This document shows, one piece after another, positions 35,697-45,238 of a stretch of 64,000 nucleotides of DNA. The DNA is from Dehalococcoidia bacterium. GTDB lineage: Bacteria > Chloroflexota > Dehalococcoidia > Lucifugimonadales > Australimonadaceae. The position numbers were made by a program, and so were the translations under genes. The notes beneath the pieces are model-generated. The model ran no database searches. It was not told the DNA's origin and saw only the letters and a program-made list of their open reading frames with translations. How positions within the stretch are numbered: the first letter of the stretch is position 1; every line of letters starts with the position of its first letter. The DNA is taken from contig OY764542.1 of NCBI GenBank assembly GCA_963668465.1, forward strand, positions 2,688,520 through 2,752,519, given 5' to 3'.

Positions 35697-37093
35697 GCGC
35701 CGTAGACCGTCGTGTGCGGCTTGAACGCCGCCCAGGCGAACCAGAGGTGGTCCTGAGCGTTCACGCGCTCGAGTTGCCGCCCCGCCAGCGGGCCGCTCAC
35801 CGCCTTGCCGAGCACGTTCCACCTGCTGCCGGTGCCCTCGTCCGTTATCCCGTCGCCATCGAAGGCGAACGTCAATCGCTCGCCGTCCAGCACGGGGCGG
35901 AAGACGCCCGTTGCGCCGACGTCCTCGGCGTTCGCGATGGTCCCGCTGCCCAGCGCGGTAAGCGTGCCGAACTCGAAGAAGACGACGATCTCCTCGCCGC
36001 CAACCTCGCCGTGGACCACACGCTCTTCGGCCAGGACTGAGTACGGAAAAGCGGCAGCGTCGCCGTTTATCTCGACGGCGGCAACGCGCTGCTTCGCCGG
36101 GAGGCGTGGGTCGGCGTCGTCGAAGAAGAGGAAGGGATAGGAGTCCACGTTGTCATAGTAGGGGTAGGGATTGCGCCCGTAGGCGCGGCTGAATCCGGGT
36201 CGGTCGAGCACCAGTGCACCGGGGTACTCCTCGGCGAACGCGGCCCACGAGACGACCTGCGCGGCCACGAACCGGAGCTGCGCGCCGGCGAGTTCGCCCG
36301 CGATGCCCTCGCCGGTGAGCTGCTGCCACCAGCTCTGCGTCTGCCGGTCCCACATCACGAGGTCGCTGTTGCGCAGGTTCCCGGAGACGCCGAAGTCGTA
36401 GACCGTGCCGTCGAGCGTGCGGTCGAACACGACGGCGGAGTTGCACAGCGGGCAGTAGGTGACCGTTACCGGAAGGCCGCCAAGTTCGTCGTTGACGATC
36501 TCGTGCCAGAGAAGGATCTGCAGCGGGTACGCCTTCGCCTCGCCGTTCACCTCCAGCGCGATGACCGGCTCCGTGTCCGTGAGCCATTCACTGGCGTCGG
36601 CTACGGAGACGAACGTTGGGTCGTCGATGGGCGGGATGCCGTCGCGTCCCACGCCGCCGGAGCTGATCTCGCGGTACGGAACGGTGTGGAAGCGGAAGTC
36701 GGTTTCCCAGATGGGAGCGTAGATGCTCAGGCTGTCGGCGTAGTCGTCATCGGCCTCGACGCCGTACGCGTTACGGACGACGTTGGGATCGAGGGTAGGC
36801 GTGGGGCTATCCGGCGCCACGAGCGCCGACACGGCTGCGGTCGGCGTGGGTGATGCTGACGGAACGAGGCCCGACACAGCGGCAGTGGGCGTGGGTGATG
36901 CCGACGGGATGAGCGCTGATACCGCGGCGGTGGGTGTTGCGGCAGCGTCAGGCGTTGGAACGCGCGCCCCGGCGGGTGTCGGGGTGGGGGTGTCCGTAGG
37001 GACGCACGCGCTGACGATAAGGACGAGTGCAGCGCACGCGATGGCGAGCGCTGGCAGAGGAGCGCCGAGGCGGCGGATTGTGGGTTTCTGCAT
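35675..37093 (-). CDS. DUF3179 domain-containing lipoprotein
   Basis: Lipobox IVSAC, Pro/Thr/Ala linker, and a core with WHEIVNDELGGLPVTVTYCPLCNSAVVFDR, which is characteristic of DUF3179. Confidence 0.82.
   Translation of the reverse strand: MQKPTIRRLGAPLPALAIACAALVLIVSACVPTDTPTPTPAGARVPTPDAAATPTAAVSALIPSASPTPTAAVSGLVPSASPTPTAAVSALVAPDSPTPTLDPNVVRNAYGVEADDDYADSLSIYAPIWETDFRFHTVPYREISSGGVGRDGIPPIDDPTFVSVADASEWLTDTEPVIALEVNGEAKAYPLQILLWHEIVNDELGGLPVTVTYCPLCNSAVVFDRTLDGTVYDFGVSGNLRNSDLVMWDRQTQSWWQQLTGEGIAGELAGAQLRFVAAQVVSWAAFAEEYPGALVLDRPGFSRAYGRNPYPYYDNVDSYPFLFFDDADPRLPAKQRVAAVEINGDAAAFPYSVLAEERVVHGEVGGEEIVVFFEFGTLTALGSGTIANAEDVGATGVFRPVLDGERLTFAFDGDGITDEGTGSRWNVLGKAVSGPLAGRQLERVNAQDHLWFAWAAFKPHTTVYGAGSTGSP
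36803..36937 (-). repeat. 3 x 45-bp in-frame tandem repeat in the DUF3179 linker
   Basis: TPTAAVS(A/G)L(I/V)PSASP repeated at a 15-aa period. Confidence 0.8.
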
Positions 37094-37098
37094 CAGGG

Positions 37099-37563
37099 CT
37101 ACTGGGTTTGGGCGGGCCGGCCACCGGTGGGCCAGGGATTGTGGAACGTGATGCCGGAGATGATGTACGCGCCTTCCTCGTCCGAACCGGTGAAGTCCTT
37201 GAGGATCTGGGTTATCGCTACATCCATTGTAGCGAAGTATTCGCCCGTGCCGGTCAGGTGCGCCGGTATCTCCTTCGCCGTGCCCTTCACGTAGTAGGTG
37301 AAGCGCTCCTCCACGAACGCTATCGTGATCTTGCCGTTCTCCCGCATATTGCGAGTGGTGGTGCTGCCGTTGTAGGTGACGAGGCGGATGGTGTTAGGGT
37401 CGCGCGCTCCGACCTCGCGGAAGGAGAGCAGGGCAGGGTGCGGCCAGCCGTTCTCGTCGGCGGTGACGATGAGGATGGCGCGCCCGCGCTCGACGGTCAC
37501 GTCCTCGTACCAGAGGGCGTTGAAGAGGTCCGGCGGGAGTTCTCTGCCTATGTCGTCGGACAT
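37099..37563 (-). CDS. pyridoxamine 5-prime-phosphate oxidase-like (FMN-binding split barrel) family protein
   Basis: 154-aa ORF with the general pattern of the PNPOx-like fold family. Tightly packed between ubiX and DUF3179. Assignment rests on sequence feel only. Confidence 0.6.
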   Translation of the reverse strand: MSDDIGRELPPDLFNALWYEDVTVERGRAILIVTADENGWPHPALLSFREVGARDPNTIRLVTYNGSTTTRNMRENGKITIAFVEERFTYYVKGTAKEIPAHLTGTGEYFATMDVAITQILKDFTGSDEEGAYIISGITFHNPWPTGGRPAQTQ

Positions 37564-37570
37564 CCCGGCC

Positions 37571-38155
37571 CTACTCCTCGGAGGAGGGGTCCTTGCCCTC
37601 CCAGCGCTTGAACTGGGTGTTCTCGATGCCGAGCAGGTCGAGCACCTTGCCGACGGTATGGTTGATGATGTCGTCTATCGTCTGCGGCCCGGAGTAGAAG
37701 CCGGGGGTGGGGGGAAGGATGACTCCGCCCATGTCCGTGACGGCGAGCATGTTGAGCAGGTGCCCCCGGTGCAGCGGAGTCTCGCGGGCGACGACGACGA
37801 GGCGTCGGCGCTCCTTGAGGCACACGTCAGCGGCGCGGGTGATGAGGTCGTTGTTGTAGGAGTTGGCGATGCCCGCTAGCGTCTTCATGGAGCACGGCAC
37901 GACGACCATGCCGTCGGTCTTGAACGAGCCGCTGGAGACGCTGGCGGCCATGTTGCGCGGGTCGTGGACGACGTCGGCCATCGCCTTGATGTCGTCTATC
38001 GCCCAATGCGGCGCTTCGTACCTGATCGAGACGTGCGCCCCCTCCGAGAGGATGAGGTGCGTCTCCACATCCGGCATCTTGCTCAGCGCGCGCAGCGTGT
38101 AGATGCCGTAGATGGGAGCGGACGAGCCGCTGATGCCGACGATGATCCTTGGCAT
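37571..38155 (-). CDS. ubiX: UbiX family flavin prenyltransferase
   Basis: MPRIIVGISGSSAPIYGIYTLRAL ... VVVPCSMKTLAGIANSY ... RETPLH are typical UbiX/Pad1 motifs. Confidence 0.92.
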   Translation of the reverse strand: MPRIIVGISGSSAPIYGIYTLRALSKMPDVETHLILSEGAHVSIRYEAPHWAIDDIKAMADVVHDPRNMAASVSSGSFKTDGMVVVPCSMKTLAGIANSYNNDLITRAADVCLKERRRLVVVARETPLHRGHLLNMLAVTDMGGVILPPTPGFYSGPQTIDDIINHTVGKVLDLLGIENTQFKRWEGKDPSSEE

Positions 38156-38220
38156 GTTCTTTCCTGTGTGGGGGAGACGCCCGCTCTCTCAAGGAACGGG
38201 GCGTCTCCCCACGGTAAGGC

Positions 38221-39696
38221 TTACGGCAGGCCGAGCTCGTCCCAGCGCTCGCCGACCTTGTCGAGGATCTCCATCGTCGGCTTGGAGGGCGGCGGGACAG
38301 GGAACTCGGTCGTCTTGTGCTCGCGTGTCGCGTCGATGCCCATGCCCTGCGACGGCGGGATGAAGTCCATCTCGCCGGGGCGTCCGAGCGGACGCGGCAG
38401 GTGCGCGCCCAGGTGGACGTGCTGCGTGGGCTCCGCGAACGAGACGATGCGCCACCACACGTCGTTCCAGTCGCGCACGTCGCAGTCCTCGTCGACCACG
38501 ACGACCCACCGGTAGCGGAGGTGGGAGTAGGCCGCGTCGATGATGTCCTTGGCCTGACCCTCCTTCTCGATGGCTGCCCGGATGATGATGACGCCGCCGG
38601 CGCCCGCGTCAGGGAAGTGGACCTCCCTGATGTTCGTGAGGCCGGACTTGCTGACGAGCGTCTGCAGGATGGAGCCGGAGCGCATCAGCGGGCGGGGGTA
38701 GTCCTCGATGCGCCCGCAGATGAGGCCGAAGTTGATTGGGTCCTTCCGGTGCGTGATGGCGTTCACCTTGAAGACGAACACCTCGTAGTTCTTGTTGTAG
38801 AACCCGGACGACTCGCCGTGGGGGCCGTCGAAGTGGCGCTCGCCCGCGACGATCTCGCCTTCCAGGATGTACTCCGCCTGCGCGGGCACCCACATGTCGA
38901 TGGTGTCGCACTTCACGAGCTCCACGGAGCGTCCGGCCCACGCGCCTGCGGCCTCGTACTCGGAGAGGCCGTCTTCGTTCTCGGGAACGGCGGTGCCTGC
39001 CGCGAGGACGAGCAGCGGGTCCATGCCGATGGCGATGGCGCACGGCGTGTTCTTGCCCTCGGCCTCGTTCTCCAGCACGTGGACGGCGCTGTTGCGGTCG
39101 CCCGCGCCGCCATAGGAGGAGCCCTTCGGCGGAGCCGCGCCGACCTTGAAGTCGCCCTGCACCTTCACGGTGGTGTGGTTGCGGTCGATGATCATGGAGC
39201 GGTACTGCCCCATGTTGTGCGCGCCGGTCTTGGGGTCGACCGTGATGACGCCCGCGGTGGTAGCGATGTAGCGTCCGCCGTCCAGCTCGTGCCAGAGGGG
39301 AGTGGGGATCTCGCCGAGGTCGACGTCCTCGCCGAAGACCTTCACCTCTTTCACGGGGCCGTCGTCCACCTTCGTGCATGGGAGGCGGTCGGCCATCCCC
39401 TGCTTGACGATGTCGTGCAGCTTCACCCAGTCCTTCGGCCCGTTGAAGGCGATGGACAACTGGTCCAGCGAGTACATGATGTTGGTGGTGAGCTGCTTGT
39501 CCGGGTTGTCCTTGATGTTCTCGAACAGCAGGCCCGGCCCGGTGCGGACGAGGTCGCGGTAGCTGATCGCGCCGACCTCGTAGTCGAGGTCCACTTCCGC
39601 GGTGATCCGCTTGAGCAGCCCGCGCTCCTCCAGGATCATCATGTATTCCCGCATGCTCTTGTACGAGACGGGGTCTCTCTGTGGCGTCGTAGTCAC
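38221..39696 (-). CDS. UbiD family (prFMN-dependent) decarboxylase/carboxylase, paralog 2
   Basis: 491-aa ORF. UbiD N-terminus (REYMMILEERGLLKRITAEVDLDYEVGAISYR...GPGLLFENIK) and a full-length alignment to the neighbouring paralog. Confidence 0.9.
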   Translation of the reverse strand: MTTTPQRDPVSYKSMREYMMILEERGLLKRITAEVDLDYEVGAISYRDLVRTGPGLLFENIKDNPDKQLTTNIMYSLDQLSIAFNGPKDWVKLHDIVKQGMADRLPCTKVDDGPVKEVKVFGEDVDLGEIPTPLWHELDGGRYIATTAGVITVDPKTGAHNMGQYRSMIIDRNHTTVKVQGDFKVGAAPPKGSSYGGAGDRNSAVHVLENEAEGKNTPCAIAIGMDPLLVLAAGTAVPENEDGLSEYEAAGAWAGRSVELVKCDTIDMWVPAQAEYILEGEIVAGERHFDGPHGESSGFYNKNYEVFVFKVNAITHRKDPINFGLICGRIEDYPRPLMRSGSILQTLVSKSGLTNIREVHFPDAGAGGVIIIRAAIEKEGQAKDIIDAAYSHLRYRWVVVVDEDCDVRDWNDVWWRIVSFAEPTQHVHLGAHLPRPLGRPGEMDFIPPSQGMGIDATREHKTTEFPVPPPSKPTMEILDKVGERWDELGLP

Positions 39697-39732
39697 GTCT
39701 CTCCTCCTGTATCTGCTGCGATGTTAAGCGGC

Positions 39733-41199
39733 CTAGCTGAGGCCGAGTTCCTTCCAGCGCCCTGCGATGTGCTCCATCATCTTCATGCTGGGCTGCGCCA
39801 CGCCGGGCCTGGGGTGCTCGTACTCCTTGAACGGGTAGGTGGCGTCGAACGCCATCCCGTAGGTGGGCGGGATGAACTCGACCGCGCCGGGGCCTGGGAC
39901 CCTGAACACGTACTCGCGTCCGCGGTACATGTCACGGTCCGGCACGACGGACGAGACGATGCGCCAGAGCACGTCGTTCCAGTCGCGCACGTTGCAATCC
40001 TCGTCCACGACGATGACCCAGCGGTAGCGCATGTGCTCGTACGCCGCGTCGATGATCTGCTTCGGCTGCTCCGGGCTGGTGATCTGCGCCCGGATGATGA
40101 GGAAGCCGGAGCGCCCCGCGTCCGGGAAGAAGACTTCCTTGATGTTCGTCAGGCCGGACTTGGAGACCAGCACGTCCAGCAGCGTGTTGGAGCGCATGAG
40201 CGGGCGGGGGTAGTCCTCGATGCGCCCGCAGATGAGGCCGAAGCTGATGGGGTCTTTCCGGTGCGTGATCGCCTTGATCTTCACCATGAAGGTGGACGTG
40301 TACTGGTTGTAGAAGCCGGTGGACTCGCCGTGCGGGCCGTCGTTCACGCGCTCGTACGGGACGACCTCGCCCTCGAGCACGATCTCCGCGTTCGCGGGCA
40401 CCATCAGGTCGCTCGTCTCGCACTTCACGAGGTCGACCGGGCGCCCTGCCCACGAGCCCGCGGCCTCGTACTCGCCGTGGCCGTTCTCGTCGTGGGGTAC
40501 GGCGGTGCCGCAGGAGAGCGTGAGCAGCGGGTCCATGCCCAGCACGATGGCGCACGGCGTCGGGAGGCCATTAGCCTCGTTCTCCAGCACGTGCGTCGCG
40601 CCGTTGCGGTCGCCTGCGCCGCCATAGTTGGAGGCGCCGGGCGGCGTTGCGCCGACCTCCCAGTCGCCCATGATCTCCACGGTCGTAGTGTTCTTGTCGA
40701 TGATCATGGAGCGGTACTGCCCCATGTTGAGGTTGCCGGTCTGCGGGTCGCGCGTCACGAACCCGGCCGTCGTGCCGATGTAGCGCCCGCCGTCCTCCTC
40801 GTGCCAGCGCGGCGTGGGGAGCATGTCGAGGTCCACGTCCTCGCCCATGATCTTCACGTCCTTCACCGGGCCGCTGGGGACGACGTTCGTGGCGGTGCGG
40901 TCCTGCATCCCTTCGTGGATGATGTCGCGGAGGGAGGCCCAGTCCGGGTCGCCGTTAAGGGCGAGCGCCAACTGCTCCTCCGTGTACATGATGTTGGCCA
41001 CGAGCGGCATGTCCGGGTAGTCCTTGACGTTCTCGAAGAGCAGGCCAGGCCCATCCCGCACGAGGCTTCGGTAGGCGATGGCGCCGAGCTCGCCTTCCAG
41101 GTCGACTTCGGCGGTGATGCGCTTGAGCAGGCCGTTCTCTTCCAGCAGCTTCAGGTAGCCGCGCAGGTCGTCATACGGGACGCGTTGACGTGTGGTCAT
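39733..41199 (-). CDS. UbiD family (prFMN-dependent) decarboxylase/carboxylase, paralog 1
   Basis: 488-aa ORF (LRGYLKLLEENGLLKRITAEVDLEGELGAIAYR...GPGLLFENVK). Confidence 0.9.
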   Translation of the reverse strand: MTTRQRVPYDDLRGYLKLLEENGLLKRITAEVDLEGELGAIAYRSLVRDGPGLLFENVKDYPDMPLVANIMYTEEQLALALNGDPDWASLRDIIHEGMQDRTATNVVPSGPVKDVKIMGEDVDLDMLPTPRWHEEDGGRYIGTTAGFVTRDPQTGNLNMGQYRSMIIDKNTTTVEIMGDWEVGATPPGASNYGGAGDRNGATHVLENEANGLPTPCAIVLGMDPLLTLSCGTAVPHDENGHGEYEAAGSWAGRPVDLVKCETSDLMVPANAEIVLEGEVVPYERVNDGPHGESTGFYNQYTSTFMVKIKAITHRKDPISFGLICGRIEDYPRPLMRSNTLLDVLVSKSGLTNIKEVFFPDAGRSGFLIIRAQITSPEQPKQIIDAAYEHMRYRWVIVVDEDCNVRDWNDVLWRIVSSVVPDRDMYRGREYVFRVPGPGAVEFIPPTYGMAFDATYPFKEYEHPRPGVAQPSMKMMEHIAGRWKELGLS

Positions 41200-41290
41200 A
41201 CGCCCTCCTCCTTCGGTCGATTATGGGCGTGGCGAGTCTAGCACTGCGCTCGCCGGGCGGCAAAAGTCGGCTGCGCGTGACGGGGAAAGG

Positions 41291-41437
41291 CTTGATCCCC
41301 CCTCCTGAGGGAGAGGGTTAGGGTGAGGGCCCTCAGGGCGGGGCGGAGGGTGCCCTGTCATCCCGAGCGGAGCGCAGCGGAGCCGAGGGACCCCTCACGC
41401 TCGTAGGGGCGGTTCGCGAACCGCCCTCGCCCCCTAG
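41291..41437. repeat. composite REP cluster (family D variant + family E + family A)
   Basis: D variant at 41291-41330. Family E at 41355-41398 (gtcatcccgagcggagcgcagcggagccgagggac). Family A at 41404-41437 (gtaggggcggttcgcgaaccgccc). Confidence 0.85.
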
Positions 41438-42048
41438 AACACCCGCGTGAACATATCGCTGAACGGGTAGAGCACACCTATCAAGCGGAAGAAGACCGGC
41501 TCGAACCAGAAGATGTCCAGCGTCATGTCCAGGATGCCGATGATGAACGCCTCAAAGCCCAGCCCGGCGATGAGCGCGTAATACCACTTCGCGCGCGTCC
41601 AGAACAGGAGGTAGGCCATGACCCAGAGCGGCAGACCGATGTGGAACCCGATGAACCACACCAGCAGGACGAGTCCCAGGATGGAGCCGAAGTACAGCGC
41701 AGCGCGGCGCTTCTCCCCTGCCGGGTCCTCGCCGAGGCGGAAGCCCAGGTCCATGATCATGCCCTGCTCTATCGCCTTGCGCCTGCTCAGCACGGTGTAG
41801 AGCCGGATGAACCAGAGCGGCGTCGCGATGACGATGACCACCGTGGGCAGCCAGCGCCCCGGCAACAGGATCTTCGGCAGGTCGTCCTGGAGGAACGGCG
41901 GACGGTAGAGCGAGATGACGAACGCGAGCATGAGCAGCGCCATGAGGCCGAGCAGCACGAGTTCGCCGATGATCTCGGGCGACTTCCAGGAGACCGTGCG
42001 GTGGGCCTCCGGTTGCTCCTGCGGGTGTCCGGGTTCTGCTGCCATCAC
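41434..42048 (-). CDS. small multi-pass membrane protein, putative TctB-like subunit
   Basis: 204-aa ORF with 4-5 predicted TM helices and a 4-nt overlap with the TctA gene. Assignment rests on position and topology. Confidence 0.55.
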   Translation of the reverse strand: MMAAEPGHPQEQPEAHRTVSWKSPEIIGELVLLGLMALLMLAFVISLYRPPFLQDDLPKILLPGRWLPTVVIVIATPLWFIRLYTVLSRRKAIEQGMIMDLGFRLGEDPAGEKRRAALYFGSILGLVLLVWFIGFHIGLPLWVMAYLLFWTRAKWYYALIAGLGFEAFIIGILDMTLDIFWFEPVFFRLIGVLYPFSDMFTRVF

Positions 42049-43679
42049 GGTTGCTCCGCCTGCTGTCCGTCCGTGAGGGGTGCTTCAGTTTCCGCGCGTT
42101 CCCGGACCCGCTGTGCGCCGCGCTGTACGCGCAGCGAGAAGTAGATCGCTGCGATCACGACCACGAGGATGCCGATGAACGCGGGCTGCCAGACCATGGA
42201 GATGCCCCGCGCCTGGATGGAGATGCTCATGAACTTCTCCAGCGGCTCGGCCAGCACGATGGCGATGAGGATGGGCGGCCTCGGCCAGGCGTACGCCTTC
42301 ATGAACATGCCGAGGGCCGTGAACACGAGCACCACCGTGAGGTCGGAGATGTCCAGGTTCGCCTGGAACGCCGAAAGCGTCACGATGCCGATGACGAGCG
42401 GCGCGAGCACGAGCGGGGGCACCGCCGCAACTTTCGTGAGCAACGGCGAAAAGCGCAATACGATGGGGACGACGATGATGTTCGCCAGGATGATGACGTA
42501 GACGAACGACATCGTGAGGTTCAGGTTGCCTTCCGGGTCTGCCATCTGCGGTCCGGGCTGGATACCGACGATGAAGAGGAAGGCGAGCACGATCGCCATG
42601 GGCGCGCTGCCGGGGATGGCGAACAGCAGCGTGGGCATGAGCACGCCGCCGTCCGTGGAGTTGTTGGACGACTCCGGCGCGATGACGCCTCGTATGTCCC
42701 CGGTGCCGAAGGTGTCGATGGCGCCGGGCTCCGTCTGCCGCGCCTGGGCGTAGGCCAGCCAGTGTGCCGGTGTGGGGCCGAGGCCGGGCATCGCGCCGAT
42801 GAAGACGCCGATGAGCGACGAGCGCGTGATGAGCCACTTGTGCCGCAGCGCCTCCCGCATCCCCCGGTAGACGTCACTCTTCCCCTCCTTGAGCATCTCG
42901 CTCAGCCGCTCCTTCGCGATGGTCGTGTTGCTGATGACGAGGTCGGCTATCTCCGGGATTGCAAAGAGCCCAACGACGACCGGAATGATGTTGACGCCGT
43001 CGTAGAGGTAGTCGACGCCGAAGGTCGCCCTCGTCTGCGAGGCGACGTTCGTGAAGCCGATGAGCCCGATGAGGAGGCCGAGGCATGCCGTGAGCAGTCC
43101 CTTTACGAGCGCGCCTGCGCTGATGATTCCGACTGCGGCGATGCCGAGCAACGAGAGAAGGAAGAACTCCGGGGAACCGAACAGCCGCAGGAGTTCACGG
43201 GCGAACGGCAGGACGGCGAGCAGCGCCAGTCCGCCGATGATGCCGCCGATGAGCGACGACGTATAGGAGGCCCCGAGCGCATACCCGGCGTACCCCTGCC
43301 GGGCGAGCGGGTAGCCGTCCAGTATCGTCGCCTGCGACGAGCGCGCGCCCGGAATGCCGAGCAGGATGGAGGGGATCGGCTCGGTGAGGTCGTTCGCGGC
43401 CATGTAGCCGATGACGACCGGCAGCGCGATGAACGGGTCCAGCTCGGTCGCGAACGAGAGCACGACGACGAGGAAGGGGAGCCCGCCGCCGGGCATGAGG
43501 CCCGAGACGAGCGCGATGGGGATCATGATGACGAACGCGATCATCGGGCCGGGACGGAAGAGCCGGTCCGCGCCGTCCAGTGCCGCCGAGAAGAACGCGC
43601 CGTCAACCGTAACGCTGTAGCCCCAGCCGAGCACCACCACGACGACGACGCCGAAGAGCAGGGGGATCCGGTTGACCAT
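42045..43679 (-). CDS. tctA: tripartite tricarboxylate transporter large permease TctA
   Basis: 544-aa polytopic ORF. The TctA/DUF112 pattern (LLGIPGARSSQATILDGYPLARQG) is recognised. Confidence 0.88.
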   Translation of the reverse strand: MVNRIPLLFGVVVVVVLGWGYSVTVDGAFFSAALDGADRLFRPGPMIAFVIMIPIALVSGLMPGGGLPFLVVVLSFATELDPFIALPVVIGYMAANDLTEPIPSILLGIPGARSSQATILDGYPLARQGYAGYALGASYTSSLIGGIIGGLALLAVLPFARELLRLFGSPEFFLLSLLGIAAVGIISAGALVKGLLTACLGLLIGLIGFTNVASQTRATFGVDYLYDGVNIIPVVVGLFAIPEIADLVISNTTIAKERLSEMLKEGKSDVYRGMREALRHKWLITRSSLIGVFIGAMPGLGPTPAHWLAYAQARQTEPGAIDTFGTGDIRGVIAPESSNNSTDGGVLMPTLLFAIPGSAPMAIVLAFLFIVGIQPGPQMADPEGNLNLTMSFVYVIILANIIVVPIVLRFSPLLTKVAAVPPLVLAPLVIGIVTLSAFQANLDISDLTVVLVFTALGMFMKAYAWPRPPILIAIVLAEPLEKFMSISIQARGISMVWQPAFIGILVVVIAAIYFSLRVQRGAQRVRERAETEAPLTDGQQAEQP

Positions 43680-43778
43680 GAAGAAGTTGCCTTGAAGGTG
43701 ATGCGGGCCGTTCGCGATTGAGCCGCTACGCTACGCGGGGAAACAAGAGTGCGTCAAGAGCGCCGCCGCTTATACAAG

Positions 43779-43806
43779 AGAGGGCGGGCTCGTGAGCCCG
43801 CCCTCT
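43779..43806. terminator. intercistronic palindromic hairpin between tctC and tctA
   Basis: AGAGGGCGGGCT cgtg AGCCCGCCCTCT, a 12-bp perfect stem. Only a weak U-tract follows on the minus strand (CTTGTATAAG). Confidence 0.4.
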
Positions 43807-43835
43807 TCCTGTCTTCTGTGCTGTTCCCTTCCGGC

Positions 43836-45110
43836 CTAACCTGCGCCGTAAAGGGTGGCGAACAGTTCCCGCGCCTCGTCGCTGAAGCCCGCGGCCGTCC
43901 TGAGGCCCTCGACGAGGATCGCCGGGTCGCCGTACTTCACGGGACGCTCGGCGAGTTCAGCCTTCGCGATGAACTCGGGGTCGTTCACGATGTCGCGGAA
44001 GATGCGCTGCCACGTCAGCACGATCTCCTCGGGTACGTCGGGCGGCAGGACGAACGTGCGCGCCAGGGACTCGAGGCTCTGTGCCAGCTTGAAGACGGCC
44101 TGCTGTTCCTCATTCGCGTCGACGACGTCGAAGAGGTGCGGGAGGTCGTCGGACTGCAGACCGGTGCCCATGCGGTCCAGGAACTCCTGGGAGACAGGAG
44201 TGCGGGACCAGAAGAGCGGCACCAGGAGGCGGTCCTCGTACCAACCCGGGTAGAGGTTGGAGATGTACTCGAAGTCGCACCGGGTGGTGGCGTCCAGCTC
44301 GCCGCGGTCGATCGCCGCGAGCACCTCGGACGTGCCCTCGTAGCCGTAGATGACCTTGATGGGCCCCCCGAGAGCCTCGACGAACTGCCCGCCGACCATG
44401 TCGCCGCCGGGGGCGGACGTGCCGGTCGTGAGGGGCCTGCCGAGAGCAAGCACCTCTTCCCAACTGGTGGCGATGTCGCGGCGTACGCACATCGTCAGGT
44501 GGTCGTCGTTGAAGCTCGGGGTGCCGATGAGGTTGACCGTTTCAATGTCGAAGCCTTCGCGGTCGATACCGGCCGCCTCGGCTGCGGGGTGACGCGGCGC
44601 CATCGGGTGGATGGTGAGGCCGTCGGGCCGGGAGCGCATCGTCTCCTGCAGGCCGCGGAGTCCGCCGCCGCCCGGAAGGTTCGTGACGATGACCTTCGGG
44701 TTGCCGGGCATCAGCCGTTCGATGGCCTCCGCCAGGAGGCGGGAGTAGCCGTCGTAGCCGCCGCCGGGCGAGAACCCGACGATGATCTTAATGGTCTTGC
44801 CGGAGAAGTACGCCTCGGCGTCGAAGCCTTCCACCGCAGGGATCGCCGTGGGCGTGGCCGTGGGGGCGGGCCTCGGCGTGGCTGTGGGAGGAGGCGCCGT
44901 CGCGCCGGGCGGCAACGGGGTCGGCGTGGCGGTGGGGTCCGGGGCCGGAGCCGACGTGTCAGGAACGGGCGTCGCGGTCGGTGCTGGCGCCGGGTCCGCT
45001 GGCTGCGGCGTAGCGGTGGGCTCCGGGTCGTCGCCGCCGCACGCGGTCAGACCGGCGAGCAGGGCGATGCCCAGCACCACGAGTACGATTGTTCTGCTGG
45101 CCCAGGACAT
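43836..45110 (-). CDS. tctC: tripartite tricarboxylate transporter substrate-binding lipoprotein TctC (Bug family)
   Basis: Start ATG 45110 (MSWASRTIV), 6 nt after GGAGGA. Lipobox LLAGLTAC, a ~80-aa Pro/Thr/Ala linker, then the Bug-family core (IKIIVGFSPGGGYDGYSRLLA...NLPGGGG). Confidence 0.85.
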   Translation of the reverse strand: MSWASRTIVLVVLGIALLAGLTACGGDDPEPTATPQPADPAPAPTATPVPDTSAPAPDPTATPTPLPPGATAPPPTATPRPAPTATPTAIPAVEGFDAEAYFSGKTIKIIVGFSPGGGYDGYSRLLAEAIERLMPGNPKVIVTNLPGGGGLRGLQETMRSRPDGLTIHPMAPRHPAAEAAGIDREGFDIETVNLIGTPSFNDDHLTMCVRRDIATSWEEVLALGRPLTTGTSAPGGDMVGGQFVEALGGPIKVIYGYEGTSEVLAAIDRGELDATTRCDFEYISNLYPGWYEDRLLVPLFWSRTPVSQEFLDRMGTGLQSDDLPHLFDVVDANEEQQAVFKLAQSLESLARTFVLPPDVPEEIVLTWQRIFRDIVNDPEFIAKAELAERPVKYGDPAILVEGLRTAAGFSDEARELFATLYGAG

Positions 45111-45238
45111 GAGCATTCCTCCATTACACGAAAGCCCGCGCCGGGTTGGTACCGCACGCGGATGCGGTGGAATGCTAGCATCCTGTTCCTGCAAGGGCAA
45201 CCGTAGCCCGCAAGACGGCCACGTGACGGAGGAGACAG

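Noticed and set aside
38317-41241. 974-aa plus-strand ORF spanning both UbiD genes
   Set aside because: It is antisense to two ORFs with clear UbiD-family sequence. Its product is Arg/Ala/Gly/Val/Asp-rich low-complexity sequence with no motif. Long stop-free antisense frames are expected at this GC content.
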